A stretch of DNA of 64,000 nucleotides from Lytechinus pictus (Eukaryota). The DNA is taken from positions 29,452,001 through 29,516,000 of the forward strand of contig NC_087245.1 of NCBI RefSeq assembly GCF_037042905.1. Reading direction: 5' to 3'. The notes beneath the pieces were generated by a model. It made no database searches. It was not told where the DNA came from and saw only the letters and a list, made by a program, of their open reading frames with translations. Made by a program: the position numbers and the translations under genes. Within the stretch, counting starts at the first letter, position 1. Each line of letters starts with the position of its first letter. Positions 1 to 13,889 of the stretch are shown piece after piece.

Positions 1-3000
1 AATGGCGCTCGCCAAGAAAAGGCGAACGGTTCTTGAAATCACGTGACTTTTAGAGCATGCAAGCGGGTTCACCCGACACTTTTCTATAGGCGCCATCTAG
101 TTTGGATGCCTTCCTTTTAAAATACACGTAATTTTGTACTTTTCTCTCGTATAGGTATTTCATGCATCAAAATTTGAGGCAAAGAAGTTCATTTTCGCCA
201 TCATGTCCATATGTTTAAGGAAGAAATAAAGAAAGTTTGAATACGACATTCGTGAATATAACCCATGTGTTGTTAACATTTCTTCAACTCCCCCCCCCTC
301 CCTCACACCCAAACAAAAAAGTGATGATGATGATGATGATAATAATGATTCTTATAATGGGATAATTAATTAATTGATTTAACTAAATCAAATCAAATGA
401 TACATATCAATAATTTAATTGATGAATTAATCAATTAACATCTAATGAAATCTTTAAAGAGGTAAAAGTCATCTTATTCATTGCATAGAACCTATCATAC
501 ACTTAAATCTATGTTTGTCCATTATTTTAGTTAGGGACAAATTCAAGCACTGATTAGTTGTTTCGACCGATTCTTCTTATAAGTTTACGTTTTACTGACT
601 CAAGAGATGTTCTAGACCATAGTTTAATGTGAGGATATTCTTGATTGATTGGCATTGGCATTGGCAGTTTGTCTGTCTCCCATTATCGAAGAGAAGGGGA
701 ATTTAAATGAATTGTGCCTTAAGACGGGCACATTAATGCGTAGTGGCAAACGATGAGGAAAGGTGGCACGGCAGTATGAGAGGGGCACGTATGGCTCTGT
801 AACACAATCTGGTAAACACATCCAGGGGATATACTGGAAGAGGCTGGTAAAGAGATAGTGAGGAGAGAGAGGGGAAATGGATATAGTAAATTAGAATGGG
901 GAGAGATAGTAAGCTGTAAGATGAACGAACGAGGTGTTTAATTGGGATGTATGGTTCTTACACTCCAACGAAGAAGATGGAGAAAGAGAAGAAGAAATGA
1001 GGAGGAGGATATGGGTGGGGGAAGTACTGCCATGAGTCCAAAAAAAAATTAATTTATATCAGCCAAAGTGTTTGACTCGGCTATTTGGGATTACAATAAT
1101 TGTAATAATGTAATGAACCTAAAAACCGTAAGCAAGGACTAGGTAAATGTGACGTCTGTATTTCTCAAAATAAGCAGAACATTGTACTAAGTACAAAACA
1201 TATGAGAACTGCTCATAACGCTGTGGAAATTTATGTGTACATTCATTTGGCATGACCGTGGTGTTGTTTTTACATGTAGTCATAAGACTCAGAAAACACA
1301 TGGAAGCAGGAGGGAATTACGTGGGAAAGTTCGATCTCATTCTGTTGATATAATCAGGAATGAAGTAGATCATATGCAAGCAACAATGCAAAGGAAAATA
1401 TATTGCAAGGTACAGAAGGAAGAAAAAGGCGGAAGAAAAAAAATGTAAACGAAAATACGGATGAGCCTGGGAGATCGATACAGCGAGGCCTGTGATAATT
1501 ATGTAACAAGAGGAATCGAATCTCGAAAAAGGCGCGAGATCGATACTCTTGATAGCACCGCGTGTCAGCTTATGCACCATACCATCCTTGTTCGCAACTG
1601 AAACGTAAGAAGTAAGGTCATGAACATCCTCCTCAGTCCCTAGGCTCTCTCCCTCTCCCTCATTATCTAACTCTTCTTTCTCTCTCGTCATCCCCGAAAA
1701 ATGACCCATTGCACATTCAGGGCTGCAATTAAGATGTAGCCCGAAGACACACAATTTAATAGTTCTGATCGTGTAAGCGTTCAATAAATGCGTCGAGATA
1801 TCGAGTTCTGTTACATGTGATTGGGGGTTGTCAAATACGAAGTTCGTGAAGAAGGGTATTTCAAGACAATCAGACTAAAAAGGTTATTGCACGCATCTAA
1901 CACGAAGTTACTGAACAATATGACTAAAATGTGGTAGTACACACGTATTTTCCTCTGAAATGTGATTGTGCGGTGGATCACCGGTACTTTATAAAAAGCA
2001 ACGAACCGAAAACGACAGTATTCAATCTTTTAAAAATATTATCAACATTTTGCAGAAACACAGCTTAATCCGTAGTGGTTCCATGGCTTAATGTATAGTA
2101 TCCTATAATTATGCATGATTTGCTTTCCAGATGTAAATAATTATTGTACCGTTGTGGCCAAGACGTAGAACAATTGCTTTAAATTGCTTAAAATTCCTTT
2201 TTCTATAACATCTGTGTGAAAATTATTTTGTTGGTTGGAATTTTCATTACTGTCTTTTCACAGTTTTTGCCAATCCAAGATTGTATTCGTATTAAATATA
2301 ATCATGTTAATTCATGTCACTCTCTTTATTCGATCAGATTCCGACTGAATTCTATGACATTTTAGGCAAGTGGGTATACCCTTCTTCCAAGAATAGCATA
2401 AATTTATCTAGATAAAGAAAAACAAATGAAAGCTGTGTATCAGTGATCATTATAGACGAAGACGATAAATATCGGGGGAGATGAAAGAATACTTTGCAAT
2501 TTGACAATTGAACGATTAGTTTATTAGTTTCATAAAGCATAGGCGAATGTTGGTAATTTTTCGTAGAAGATCTTCTATTATGTATAACCCGCCCCCCTTC
2601 TTCCTCTCTCTGTGGCGTCTTAGCTCATCAACCAGTCCTACACGAATAAACTAAATGACAGTGGATACTGTGCAGATCATCTAGTGTCATGTTACTAGAA
2701 CAACTAAGTGCGAAGACTTTATACCAACACTCACACCGGATCAGATTTCAAGACTGTGCGCCTCGGAGATTCAGAGTCAGGCGTATCTTATGCTGATGTG
2801 AACTTACTGTTATGACACGCACCCTAGACACAGCTTCAGAGTTCAATGAACGTCCCGGAGCCCGTTACATAAAGACAAGTCGTAAGGCGTGTGGAGGGCT
2901 TTGCATTTTGACGCTTTAAAAAAAAAAACCCAATCACAATTCCCTATAAAAATAGCATTTCATTGGTTGAAATCAAATTGCATTTGATTTTAGGAGTTTG

Positions 3001-3041
3001 TAACTTTTTATGCATCAGTCCCCTGCTCTATCACACATCTG

Positions 3042-3197
3042 GGGCCCGTTGCACAAAGTTTAGCAATCAATCGCTAAATGAAACGGCCTATCAAGATCAG
3101 TATTGCATGCGCATTTTACTCGGTAGACTGACGAGGAACCAACCAGAATTGTTCTTTCAAATTAGCGACCAATCGCTAGCCTTTGTATTACGTGACC
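3042..3197. mobile_element. Degraded PIF/Harbinger-like MITE
   Basis: Starts ctg|gggcccgttgcacaaag and ends ctttgtattacgtgacc|atg (imperfect inverted termini). Same terminal style as the clean copy at 12963-13115. Confidence 0.55.
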
Positions 3198-4148
3198 ATG
3201 GGTCGCCGAGAAAGAGGAGGGATCCGCAAAGCTGAGCAAAAGAACTTTCATTATCATGATTACGGAAATTTGCCAACCTTGACTCGAATACATTTAAGAA
3301 TATGATTTTCTTTAAAAGACCCTCCAACAGAAAATGACCATCAAGCCACAAATTGAACTTCCTTCGTGTTATAAATATGAATGTAACGGTAAATGGTGGT
3401 GATTTTTTTTGTTTGTTAAGAAAGCATGAATGCTTGAAAGCATGCAAGCATCCAGATGACCGACGGCTTAATGTCCTCTACGAGGGAACTGTCTATGACT
3501 TGAGGCAGAAAACCCTTTTAAAAAACATCGAGAACCTGAAAAATCAAACTGGTAAGCAATTGAGAAGAGAAAATGAGTTTCAATGAGTAAAAACTATCAA
3601 TCATATATAGATTTGTTTCCTTACAACGGTAATCTTGATGCAGACATCTGTATTGTTCACTTTGGGTGGATTATTGGAATAGGCCGTGACTTGGCACACG
3701 ATTCGCTTGACTGAGTTTGTCCGTCTTTTAATTGAAAAGTTTGGCATCGCCTTTTATGGGCCATTATTTTAAAGCGGTTTCCCTTCATAAATCGGCCTAT
3801 TTTTTGAGATTCCCCATCAACAGTGAAGGCTGGCTCACCATTTCTTAGTCCCGCAAAGTATCATAAAATGGTTACAGAAGAGCTGCTTGTATAGAAAAAA
3901 TGTATAAAATTTGAGAAAACAATAAAATATACATTAAAGCATTGTGCATTTTGTTCGGATTTAAACGTTCCAGATGAGGCTCTTATCATTGAAACTTTCA
4001 CTTTGGTTAATGGAGATTTTGTATCGCTCTTAATTGCGCACATGCACCCTCGAACCATCTTGAGTACATGGGCCTAATCTCGACTAACACTCATCAAAAT
4101 TATGTAGACAAAGTAAAATATGCTAATTCATCCTAGTCTTCCTGAGAC

Positions 4149-4172
4149 CATGAAGCTATTAATAGCTCCATG
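4149..4172. mobile_element. 24-bp P-like micro-palindrome (possible excision footprint)
   Basis: catgaagctatt|aatagctccatg (one mismatch), flanked by ctgagac / gtaagac (5/7 match). Shares the CATGGAGCTA terminus with 28162-28181. Confidence 0.5.
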
Positions 4173-4673
4173 GTAAGACCAAACGGGCTGCCTTTATTGT
4201 TGATTAGTTTATAATTACAAGAAAACACATTGTGTAAGATTCTAGTTGTAAAGCAACCCAGAAACGACATCCCAAAATCCTTTCAAAATGACTTGCTGCA
4301 TGAAGTTTCGAAAACCGGTCATGTGATTAAAATTAGTCACGGTCTACTCCCGATAATCCTGTCTCCATGGGCTGTCGGTTCAATGGTCCATGTGAGAATT
4401 CAAATCATAATACGTAAACTAATATATCCGTGTCTTACACGCGCACGCGCGCACACACACACACGCTCACTCGCACGCACTTGAGTAAACGGTGAACATA
4501 CATGTACGTACTCACAAGCACACATCGCATTCGGTGTGCATGCCACTGCAACTGTGCGTTTGAAGTTATGTTTGAAACTTTGCATCAATTATATAGATAA
4601 GAACAGCAGAACACGATACATACGTGCTTCATATGAGCTGGTGTAAAGCAATCCATCATTTGGCAGTGTGGAG

Positions 4674-4892
4674 CAGGGGGCAGCGCCAGGGTAATTAGGC
4701 GCGGGGGAGGGGGGCAAAATGGCATATTTTTCAATTAAATTACATGGTTAATTTACAGTTACAGAACATATACTCTCTCTTCGTAATGCGCTTCTTTTTT
4801 TAACCTCTCATCCTTTTTCTTCCTATTTTCCTTCTTTTTCTCTTTTTCACTACTTGGAAAAGCATAGCCCCCCCCCCCCATCGCCGCTCCTG
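4674..4892. mobile_element. Degraded hAT-like MITE
   Basis: Termini cagggggcagcg ... cgccgctcctg, with poly-G/poly-C subterminal runs. Flanks gtgtggag / gtgaggag. Confidence 0.4.
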
Positions 4893-5129
4893 TGAGGAGC
4901 ATAAATAGGGAACCATAATTTAGAATACTTTCACCCAGATGACATAAACAAATCATGAACAATAATGCGATTCATCCCTGCACCTGACTCAAAGTATGAT
5001 CCATTTAAATTTGCTTGAATAGTAAAGGGATTGAATAAGTGATGTAGCGAGGGCAATATCTAGGACTGAATAACACCTTGTGCTACCCAGAGTATTACAT
5101 ATCTATTCATTTATTTGAGCTCTCTTGCT

Positions 5130-6130
5130 GAACTTGAATATATTCACCTGGGAGTTTCCCGTTGACCTACTCTTAGTCAAAAGTTCATATCCAAGTTTTA
5201 CAAATGATGTTACAGTGAACATCTAACGCAGAAAGCAAGATACGATTTTTGTTCAGTTTTCCCCTTTTTAATGCTGTGGTGGATTTTCTCAACCTTTCTC
5301 CTGTTATTAATCTTATCTTATAAGGCCAAATATCCATATTCGGTTGCACATGGGAAATCTCGTTAACCTATTGTCAGTAAAATGTTGGTAATTTTTTTAC
5401 AAAAACATTACAGTTAGTTTATATCTAATGAAGAAAGCATGATATATTGATTTCAGTTGTTGTGGGTTTTTTTCGTAACCTTTCTCATTATATTTTATTT
5501 TATTAGTCTGAATGTTCATATTCCGTTACACTAAGGCGTATCCCGTTAACTTATTGATGGTAAAATTTCCACGTTTTAAACGTAATGCTTTTACAAAGAA
5601 AGATTACAGTGAGTTTATATCTAATGAAGAAAACAAGATACAATTCTTTCCGTTTCCCTTATTAATGCTGTGATTTTTCTCAACCTTTCTCCTGATATTT
5701 TATTCTATTGGTCTGAATATCCATATTCCGTTGACCTATTGATGGTAGGATTTCCATGCTCTTCACGTATAGCTTTTATAAAGAAGCATTACAGTGAGTT
5801 TATATCTAATGACGAAAGCAAGATGCATTATTTTCCTTTCTTAATGCTGTCTTGAGTTTTCTAAACCTTTCTCCTCATATGCAGTTTATTTTATTGGTCT
5901 AAATATCCATAGTTGGTTGCACCTGGAAGCAACCCGTTGACATTTCTATGGTAAAATTTCCATCGAAAGCTTATTCAAAGAAACATTACAGTTAGTTTAC
6001 ATCTAATGAAGAAAGCGTGATACATTTCTTACAGTTATCAATTCTTAATGCTGAGGGGAGGGAGGTCTTAACCTTACTCCCGATTATTATTCATTTTTTG
6101 GTGTGAAATATCCATATTTATTCCATTGTT
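5130..6130. repeat. Diverged tandem array, ~5 units of ~195 bp
   Basis: Motif acagt(g/t)agtttatatctaatgaagaaagca recurs near 5212, 5409, 5606, 5791 and 5988, with shared aacctttctc and tatccatatt blocks. Confidence 0.8.
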
Positions 6131-6154
6131 AGGTCTACACCATTTGCATGTTAA

Positions 6155-6703
6155 AGGGGAATCCCGCGCTGGCAATACAATAAGTGTGTGGAAGGAGGAA
6201 AATGATAAGGCAAGCAGACTGGAAATAGTTTGAAAGAAATCAGACAAGGAATTTAAAAGATCTGGATGTTTACAAAATGGCATAACTAAGACTAAGTAAT
6301 TTTCAAATTGGCAAGTTGGTTAGTATACTTTGCAGGTGACAATTGCAACTATACCCATTTGGTCGTGTAATTTGTGGTGTTCTTTTATATCAGGGTAATC
6401 ATAAAAATATTAAGTATAAAACACGTTCTTAAAATTTAATTTCCTCATTAAAAAAAATGATATCTGATACAAATTGTGGCAAATTTTTTCTTTAGTAATT
6501 TGGTGAACTGAGGCAAATCAAACAGTTACACCTACCCTACAATGCATTGACATTTGTGACCATTTGAAACCTGCATAGGAAAAGTGATAATTGCATTTTA
6601 CAACTCTTAAACATTTGTCGCGTTTTAATCGTTTCTCTAGTTTTGCTCAAACTTACTAATATCTGTTTCATTTTATTAAAGTTCCACCTCGGTTGATTTC
6701 CCT
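6155..6703. mobile_element. Non-autonomous TTAA-targeting DNA transposon (Kolobok-like)
   Basis: ttaa|aggggaatcc ... gatttccct|ttaa. AGG/CCT ends with a TTAA TSD. Confidence 0.6.
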
Positions 6704-7201
6704 TTAAGCTCTACCTATTAACGCTTCTTTCGCACAAAACCCGTGGTCTTTATGCATATTTCTCACCCCCCCCCCCTCCTTTAGGGGATGAAGGGGATCC
6801 CAAAATACTGAGCATAATTGTTAAGTTTACTTATACGAATTCCATACTGTTTTCTCTTTGTCGCTGAAGGACATGGGGGAAATTACCATTTAAGGGATAA
6901 ACATGCAATAAATACCTTGTTTTGTTCCAAGGATCATCTTTATATATATTTTATTTTCTCTGCTTGTAAGGATGTTACTTTATGATATCAGGTTCCCTCT
7001 ATTACATTCATCATGTTTTGGGTTGTCCCCCCCCCCCCGTCACTACATCGCACCAAGCGTCAAATTGGTTGATCGATGGGATTAGGAAATGAGAACAATA
7101 TACACCTCCTAGGTCCTTTGCTACGTTTTTCTTTTCAATCAAAAAGAAAAAAAAAACATTTTAAAATGTGGTTATCCTGAAACTGTGAGAATTGGACTTA
7201 A

Positions 7202-7760
7202 AGGGGTACCCAATGTTGAATATAATATGATTTGGCGAGATAAAATCAAATCACACCAACAAAACTCTGGAAAATTTATCAAAATCAGACAAGGTTATTA
7301 TATTTTCAAGTTTTGCACTATTTTTTTTGGGGGGGATCTTTGTATGTCTTATGATTATGCAATGACTAAGCTGATGGTGTCATATCCCCACTTATCCCTT
7401 TTTTTAGTTTATTGTATGAAACTATATTCATTCAAATTTTATCCACCGAGAATGAACAAGTGGATTTATAACTAATGTAATGTGTACGATAATTATTGCT
7501 CTAAACTAACTTGTTACACGCATGTATGAAAATATAGAATAATAATGATTTCGCGTAATAAAATAAAAAAAACGTACGTGGGGACATGACATCATCACTA
7601 GTCCACCTGTATACTAGTAATATAAGAGCGTGTATATAACTTTTCTAACAAAATATTGATAAATTTTAGAATTCAATACTTCATCATTTATTACCAGACT
7701 TTGATGTAATTATTATCGTTTCGTGGATTGGATCAAGGAGGTTTATCTCCGTTTCAATTC
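7202..7760. mobile_element. Kolobok-like non-autonomous element, right end degraded
   Basis: Begins ttaa|aggggtaccc. Shares internal motifs (gctgatg..gtcacat, tgacatcatca) with 8713-9255. Confidence 0.55.
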
Positions 7761-8712
7761 AACGAAGTTAATTGCCTCAGTTTGGGTAAGTGACAATTGC
7801 CCGAGATCTGTTGTTTCTAGATGACCAATACAGTATAGGCAATAGGTACTAGAATGTTTGATGAACAACAAATTAAATAATGCTATACACATAATATTGG
7901 GCCTTTGATAGAATTTACTCATTATAACTGTCAGATGCTTTACTCATCTTACACGTATGAATAAATTAGTCACATCTTCGCTTGTTTTGCCTCTTGGCGA
8001 CGTGAGTGCATCGCTTCTCTATCTCAATCTTCTATTCCAAAATTCGTTAACCTATCACTCTCAAGATTGAAATTGAAATAACATCGGTAAAAAACCTCAA
8101 TTAAGTATCCATGGTTACAAGCACAATATTAGCCTCAAGATATCTCATACATCTTAAGTCCGGCACACACTCGATGATTCGTTGTGATCCGAATTTCAAA
8201 GAAATTGTAATAACATTTGAAATGAACATTCCAACCAATAAACTCTTAGCAATCGGAGTTGAGAATAGTGGTAGGACCAATGAAATCGAAAGTCAGTATA
8301 GTTAGAGCCTCTTTGTAGGAAAAAAAAACAAATCCAATTCCAAATCGTAATGGAGTCAGCAGAGTCTCGAGAACACCTGTAATTTTACCAGATTGCGTAA
8401 TCTTACAGGAAATTGGTATTTGGTGTATGGAATCTTACAAATTTCCTTAAATAAAACACCCTTTACCCCTTTTTAAACAGACCTGTTCTGTTAAATTGCA
8501 GGAAAAAATCCTGTTTTATGAATTTACAGAATGATTATGTTATTGCTATTTGCAAAATCTTTTTTTTTCTGTAAAATCAGGGTTTTTTAACAGTGTAGTT
8601 TACATCAGGCATGTGATCATGTGTTTGAAAATCACAAGCCACCGTTTACCAAACAACAGCTAACCCAGTAAGATCCCTTCATAAGTTCATGTCCATGTTA
8701 ACAATCTATTAA

Positions 8713-9255
8713 AGGGGTACTCTGGGCTGAAATTAATTGTATCTACATAAATAAATAAAATTCAAAGAGCAAAACGCTGAAAATTTCTTCAGAATCTGAT
8801 AACTAATAGCGGAGTTATTGAACTTTAAAGTTTAGCAACATACTATGAAAAAAGTTATATGCACGTCGTCATGAATATTCATTAGGTGGGCTGATGATGT
8901 CACATACTCACTTTCTTTTTTCTTATGTTATTATATGAAATCATAATTGCTTCATTTTTCCATGCGTGTGGGACTGATTGTCAATCAATTGTTTTAATTC
9001 TTAGAAGAAACAAATTTGAATAAACCTTATTTCATATAACAAAATACTAATGACGATAAAAATACTAAGTGAGGATATGACATCATCAGTTTGCTCATTA
9101 AATATTCATGAACTGTTTCCCCGGGATAATGCAAATATTCAGAATGCCATAACTTTGTTATTACTTGTCTGACTTTGATCTAAATTTCAGTGTTTCGTTT
9201 GTCAGATTTGTATTTATCTGTACAAATCACATCATCTCCAGACTGGAGCATTCCT
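8713..9255. mobile_element. Kolobok-like non-autonomous element
   Basis: ttaa|aggggtactctgggctg ... cagactggagcattcct|ttaa, with internal inverted blocks (atgaatattcattag / ctcattaaatattcatg). Confidence 0.7.
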
Positions 9256-9479
9256 TTAAGATCAACATGGCAAAGTCCTAATCTTTAAAAAAAAATTATC
9301 GTTTGTGTCCATATCTCTTGGCATTGCATGGTAACGGTTCAATTGAAGCACCTTCGGTCCACGCTCCTGATAATTATGTACAGTACTCAAAGGAATAGAT
9401 AGTATCAGGCATGCAACCTTTTTTCCTTATCTGGTTTAAGTGGTTTAAGTCAGGTGCCTAAAACCACTTGACACGTCAC

Positions 9480-9840
9480 CTCCACTTTTTCTAGATGCTA
9501 CCGATTTTATGCTAATGCAATAAGGCATTTTAGCAATCGCTTTGCAGACACTTACTATAACATAAATAATCTTTTTTCAAAAGTCCTTCACAACTGCAGC
9601 CTTTGTCGAAAGTCGGTGAATCAAAACTGCAGTGTCGTCCTGGACTCTGGACAAACCGCATATTTGCGATTTTTCGTCCAGTCCGAATCTTAAGACGTTA
9701 TGCTGTCTAGGTCCACCAACTTTCGACAAGGACCTCTAATCTGTTCATTGTTGATTTGACGGGTATTTTCAATAGATTCTGAGCGATCCAGAAAGCGTCT
9801 GCGAAGTGGATGCTAAAATACGCTTTTGATCTACACTAAA
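9480..9840. mobile_element. Degraded copy of the ~300-bp hairpin MITE family (also at 27.9-38.4 kb)
   Basis: Core ctttgtcgaaagtcggtgaatcaaaactgcagtgtcgtcctggactctggacaaac ... caactttcgacaaggacctc. Confidence 0.6.
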
Positions 9841-11574
9841 CATTGGAGTGTTTCATCAAATATCTAGTCAGTAATCTGTTTTTCTCACACAAAGTTGCTC
9901 TCAGTAAATCAGGAGTGAGGTTTTCAGTAGCTTAAAGTCTCACTGACAAGACGTGGAATAAATTATTTCATTTCATTCATTATTTCATTTATTGAACCCA
10001 ATGGAAGAACAGAGCTCTTCTCCTTCACAGCTCTGATGGGTCATCAATTTATTTCATTTTCTTAATGTTTTATAACTAATCATTATGTTATACTGTGCTT
10101 TTATGAATTTGGAAATAATATAACAAACAAACGAAAAGTATCATTCATTTAGGTTTTTTTTTTAATGTACATACAAGTCAATAACAAGCTGTAGAGTGAA
10201 CGATTTTAATAAAAATAATAATAATAGTACAGTTCTTAATACGCATAACACTTACAGGTCTCTATGCGTGAAGAAAGCGGGAAATGTGGTTAGAATTGTA
10301 AATTTAGAAATTGACATCAAATAATCATACATAACACTAAAGAATATTAAACATGGATTAATTTTTATTTTATAGTATATAATGCTCTTAAGTGGTATAA
10401 GTCAAGTGCTTTAAACAGCTTCACCACGTCACTTCGACATTGTCTATATACTACTGATTTTATTCTGTGTGGTCCCTTTGTTGCTTCAAAAAATGCACAA
10501 CATCCATGACGCATTTGGCTTTAGCAATAGAAAGTCTTTGATACATAACAAAAACAAGCGGATGTTAGGATAAACTGGCCATAAATATGAAAACGTAATA
10601 CCGCGTCATGCTGTACGAAATAGTATAACATGAACACTAAATTTAAATAGAAAAAAAAGCAAAGCTATTTACGATGAAATAGAAGATAATATCTCATTTT
10701 CATCCACAAAGACACCCACATACACTCAAATACCCTGACGCTTTATGAAAGGCTAACCTCTTTGGAGAACACCCTGTAGAAAAGGAGCACACATTGGTGA
10801 AACCCCTGTATCTATTTCTCTTTACTGTGCTCGCGGGGCCGATGACATTAGCGCGAAATGAGAGAAATTTCGAAGTCAATCGTCACGACGTGGGATGAGC
10901 AAACACAACAGGTGATAAAGAGGCACGCAAGTTGGCGTTTAAAGAGGAAGATCATTTATATGTACGTCATAGAGGAGATGAGTCGGACTCGCAATGAAAC
11001 CTCTAACAAAAAGGTAGGTTCACTGTTACGAATGTTCAAGCCAGATTGTAATTCGCTTCGCAATAAATTGCACGGTTGCCAGCAAAAAGTGATCAATTCA
11101 ATCAATTCAAACAAGAGTCTTAAGGGAAATATTCAGTTAATAAGAGACATAAGACAAGAGGATAGCAACTTATTATGAGAACTACGAAATTTTGTTAGGA
11201 TGTTCAGGAAGAATTTAAGGGTATTTAATAAAACAATCTTGTGTTTCTAATGTTAAAACAGAGTAACTTTAACACTGCACATTGACAAATAAGACAATCA
11301 TTATAACCTCTGCTATGCAAGTATAATCGCTTTATCTACTGTGATAGACAAAAATGAGAGAATTAATTTGAATTACCGTGAAATAAATGATTTATTTAAA
11401 TATCATTTCACTTTGACAGAATAAAAGGTCAAACAATTCTACGTGAAGGTGCAAAGGTACATATTTATCCAAAGAATGCTAAAATGCACCTTATGAAATT
11501 GTTAAGGTACTTTGAAGGGTGCAATAGAGTTGGAATTTTTAAAAACTGCGAATCAGCCCCTTCCTTAAAGAGTA

Positions 11575-11980
11575 TTGGGGCGATTCTATACGTGTCGTAC
11601 GGGACATTTTGTCAACAATTTCTAGTCTCTTAGCTGATTGCTTGAGCAATGAAAAATTATTGTTGATCAATAATAAAATTATAGTGGGTAGTCATGTGAA
11701 AAACTGATTACCAACAAAAAATATTTGATTATGGCTGGATTACGGACGAAAATGTTGTGTGTCGTACGGGACTCAGAAATGTCCCGTACGACACGCAACA
11801 TTTTCACCTCTAATTCACCCATGGACAGCATATTTTTGTTGGTTGTCAATTTTTCATATGTCTACCCAGTAGTACTCTATTATTACCACAAAACAAATTG
11901 AAGTTCTTTGTTTGTTTGGACAATAGATTGAAAAATGCTGCGAAAATAGGTGATTTTTCTAGCATGGAATCGCCAATTGT
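11575..11980. mobile_element. Unclassified foldback MITE
   Basis: Termini attggggcgattc / gaatcgccaat. Central hairpin aaaatgttgtgtgtcgtacgggac-tcagaaat-gtcccgtacgacacgcaacatttt. Symmetry extends outward. Confidence 0.65.
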
Positions 11981-12962
11981 TAATCTAGACATTGCAGGAT
12001 GCGAAATGTTTCTCTTTGCATAACGTATGGTAATAATGGGTTTTCTGTTTAAAACATTCATCATGTTTATACAAATTTTACGTTACTGTTAAATTTTCTT
12101 TTTCTTCTTATGAATAATTTCAACTAATCAAAGACATGTTCAGAAAACATACTAAACTTTAAACTTTCGATTGATTCAAGGTCTTAAGATATGTGCAGAA
12201 TAAATCATGATTTCCGTCTTCATGTTCGTGTGGAATACTGGACCAACACGCGCCTTTAAAAGATTTTTAGCGACGAGAGGGAAAATGGATGACCGTAAGA
12301 GCCACCGCGTAAAGGCTTTTAAAATGAAATAGAAGACTACAAATCCCCGCTGAATACAGACTAAGCACCAATTACGCCCCATTGTTTTCTAGTAATCTCT
12401 ACTCTTTTTCATCATAATGCACTCCCTATCAATTTCAATTTTTCTCCACCTCCCGCCTACGTATCAAGATGAGTGGCTAAACAGTAGGGAGACTTATCCC
12501 CGGGGCCAAAATAAATAAAATCGAAATAAGAAGACAGACAGCCAGACTGACATAAGATGAGATGAAAGAAACCCTGTAGAGAACATTACAAGGTCATAGG
12601 TATTACGCAAAAGGTACATGAGGAATGCGCGGAAGGTTAAAAGACTTGCCATGGTGAGGGCGCTGCGTTTTTGTTGCCTAATTTTAAGGAAGTCGAGCAT
12701 TCCTCACAAATATGTTTTATACACTGACATGCAACGAAATACAGTATGAGAAAAATAATAAAATCCAAGGTTTTTTTTATGATTTGTTGTTTCCTTTCCA
12801 CAATGCTACTACCTTCATGGTCACCATGGTTAGGTTCATAATTAAGTTTTTTCTGTGATGTTGTTTTATTTATTCTAATCCGAATGCAAACCATTTAAAA
12901 TGTTTAAGGAACCATGTTGTCTGTATATTTACACACTCAAACACCCCCCACACACACACCAG

Positions 12963-13115
12963 GGGCCCGTTGCATAAAACTTTTTACCTGAGAAAACTCA
13001 GGTTGTTTTTACCGGAGTTTTTGCCCTGTGTTAAAGTCAATGGCAGAAATCAGACTAACCTTAGTTTTCAATTTTTACCAGTTTTCTCAGGTAAAAGGTT
13101 TTATGCAACAGGCCC
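12963..13115. mobile_element. PIF/Harbinger-like MITE
   Basis: cag|gggcccgttgcataaaac ... gttttatgcaacaggccc|cag. 3-bp TSD CAG. Confidence 0.85.
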
Positions 13116-13889
13116 CAGTATTTACATTCAACGGTTTTTCATTTGGATGGACTGGTGAAATCACTGAATCAGACTTTATCTTTGAAAATCGATAGAATAA
13201 ACGAAAATGTAAGACTAAATCGCGGACTATAACATGCTCAAAGAATCTCAATTAGACAAATTTTTAGATGATTACAGTTGGATTCTTCCAAATTGTACAT
13301 GTATTCTCAACCTAATTAATCATATCAAATTAAATGCAAGTTCTTAGAATTGTCCATAAAATAATGATATAATCCTTGGTGAGATATATTTATTTGAATG
13401 TGAATTCAAGGCAATTCAGGTCAAATCCTAAACGAGCGTAATCTTCCTGGTACATTTCACGACCGAAAACCCCAATCGAAATATTCAATATTTCGGAACA
13501 ATGCACTTCATAATACCATGGGTTGGGGAAAATATTCTGATCACGAATTACAAGGTATTTTCCTTTCAAAGACCGATATCATTTTGTCTGCCGCTGGGTG
13601 AAGATCAAGGCTTCATTATATTTTACCCAATCAAGAGGATTTAGTAGTAAGAAATTGGGTTCCATACATGCAAGATATGAAGGTAGTATCCGGATCGACC
13701 AGTAAAATTGATGCATGGAAGGGAATTGGGAAACTCTTGTATGTGTATACAAAGGATGGAGAATGGCGATGCATGTTTGTTTATGGAAAATGAGACATCA
13801 AGCAAAAAGTAACCAATAGCTTTATAAATATTTTCCCCCAAAAGAAAATAAATTCTATTTTCATATGAGGGAATATGAATTTGGATAAA

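Noticed and set aside
10858..11178. 106-aa ORF as a host gene
   Set aside because: No recognisable motif and no supporting exon structure. The length is within chance expectation.
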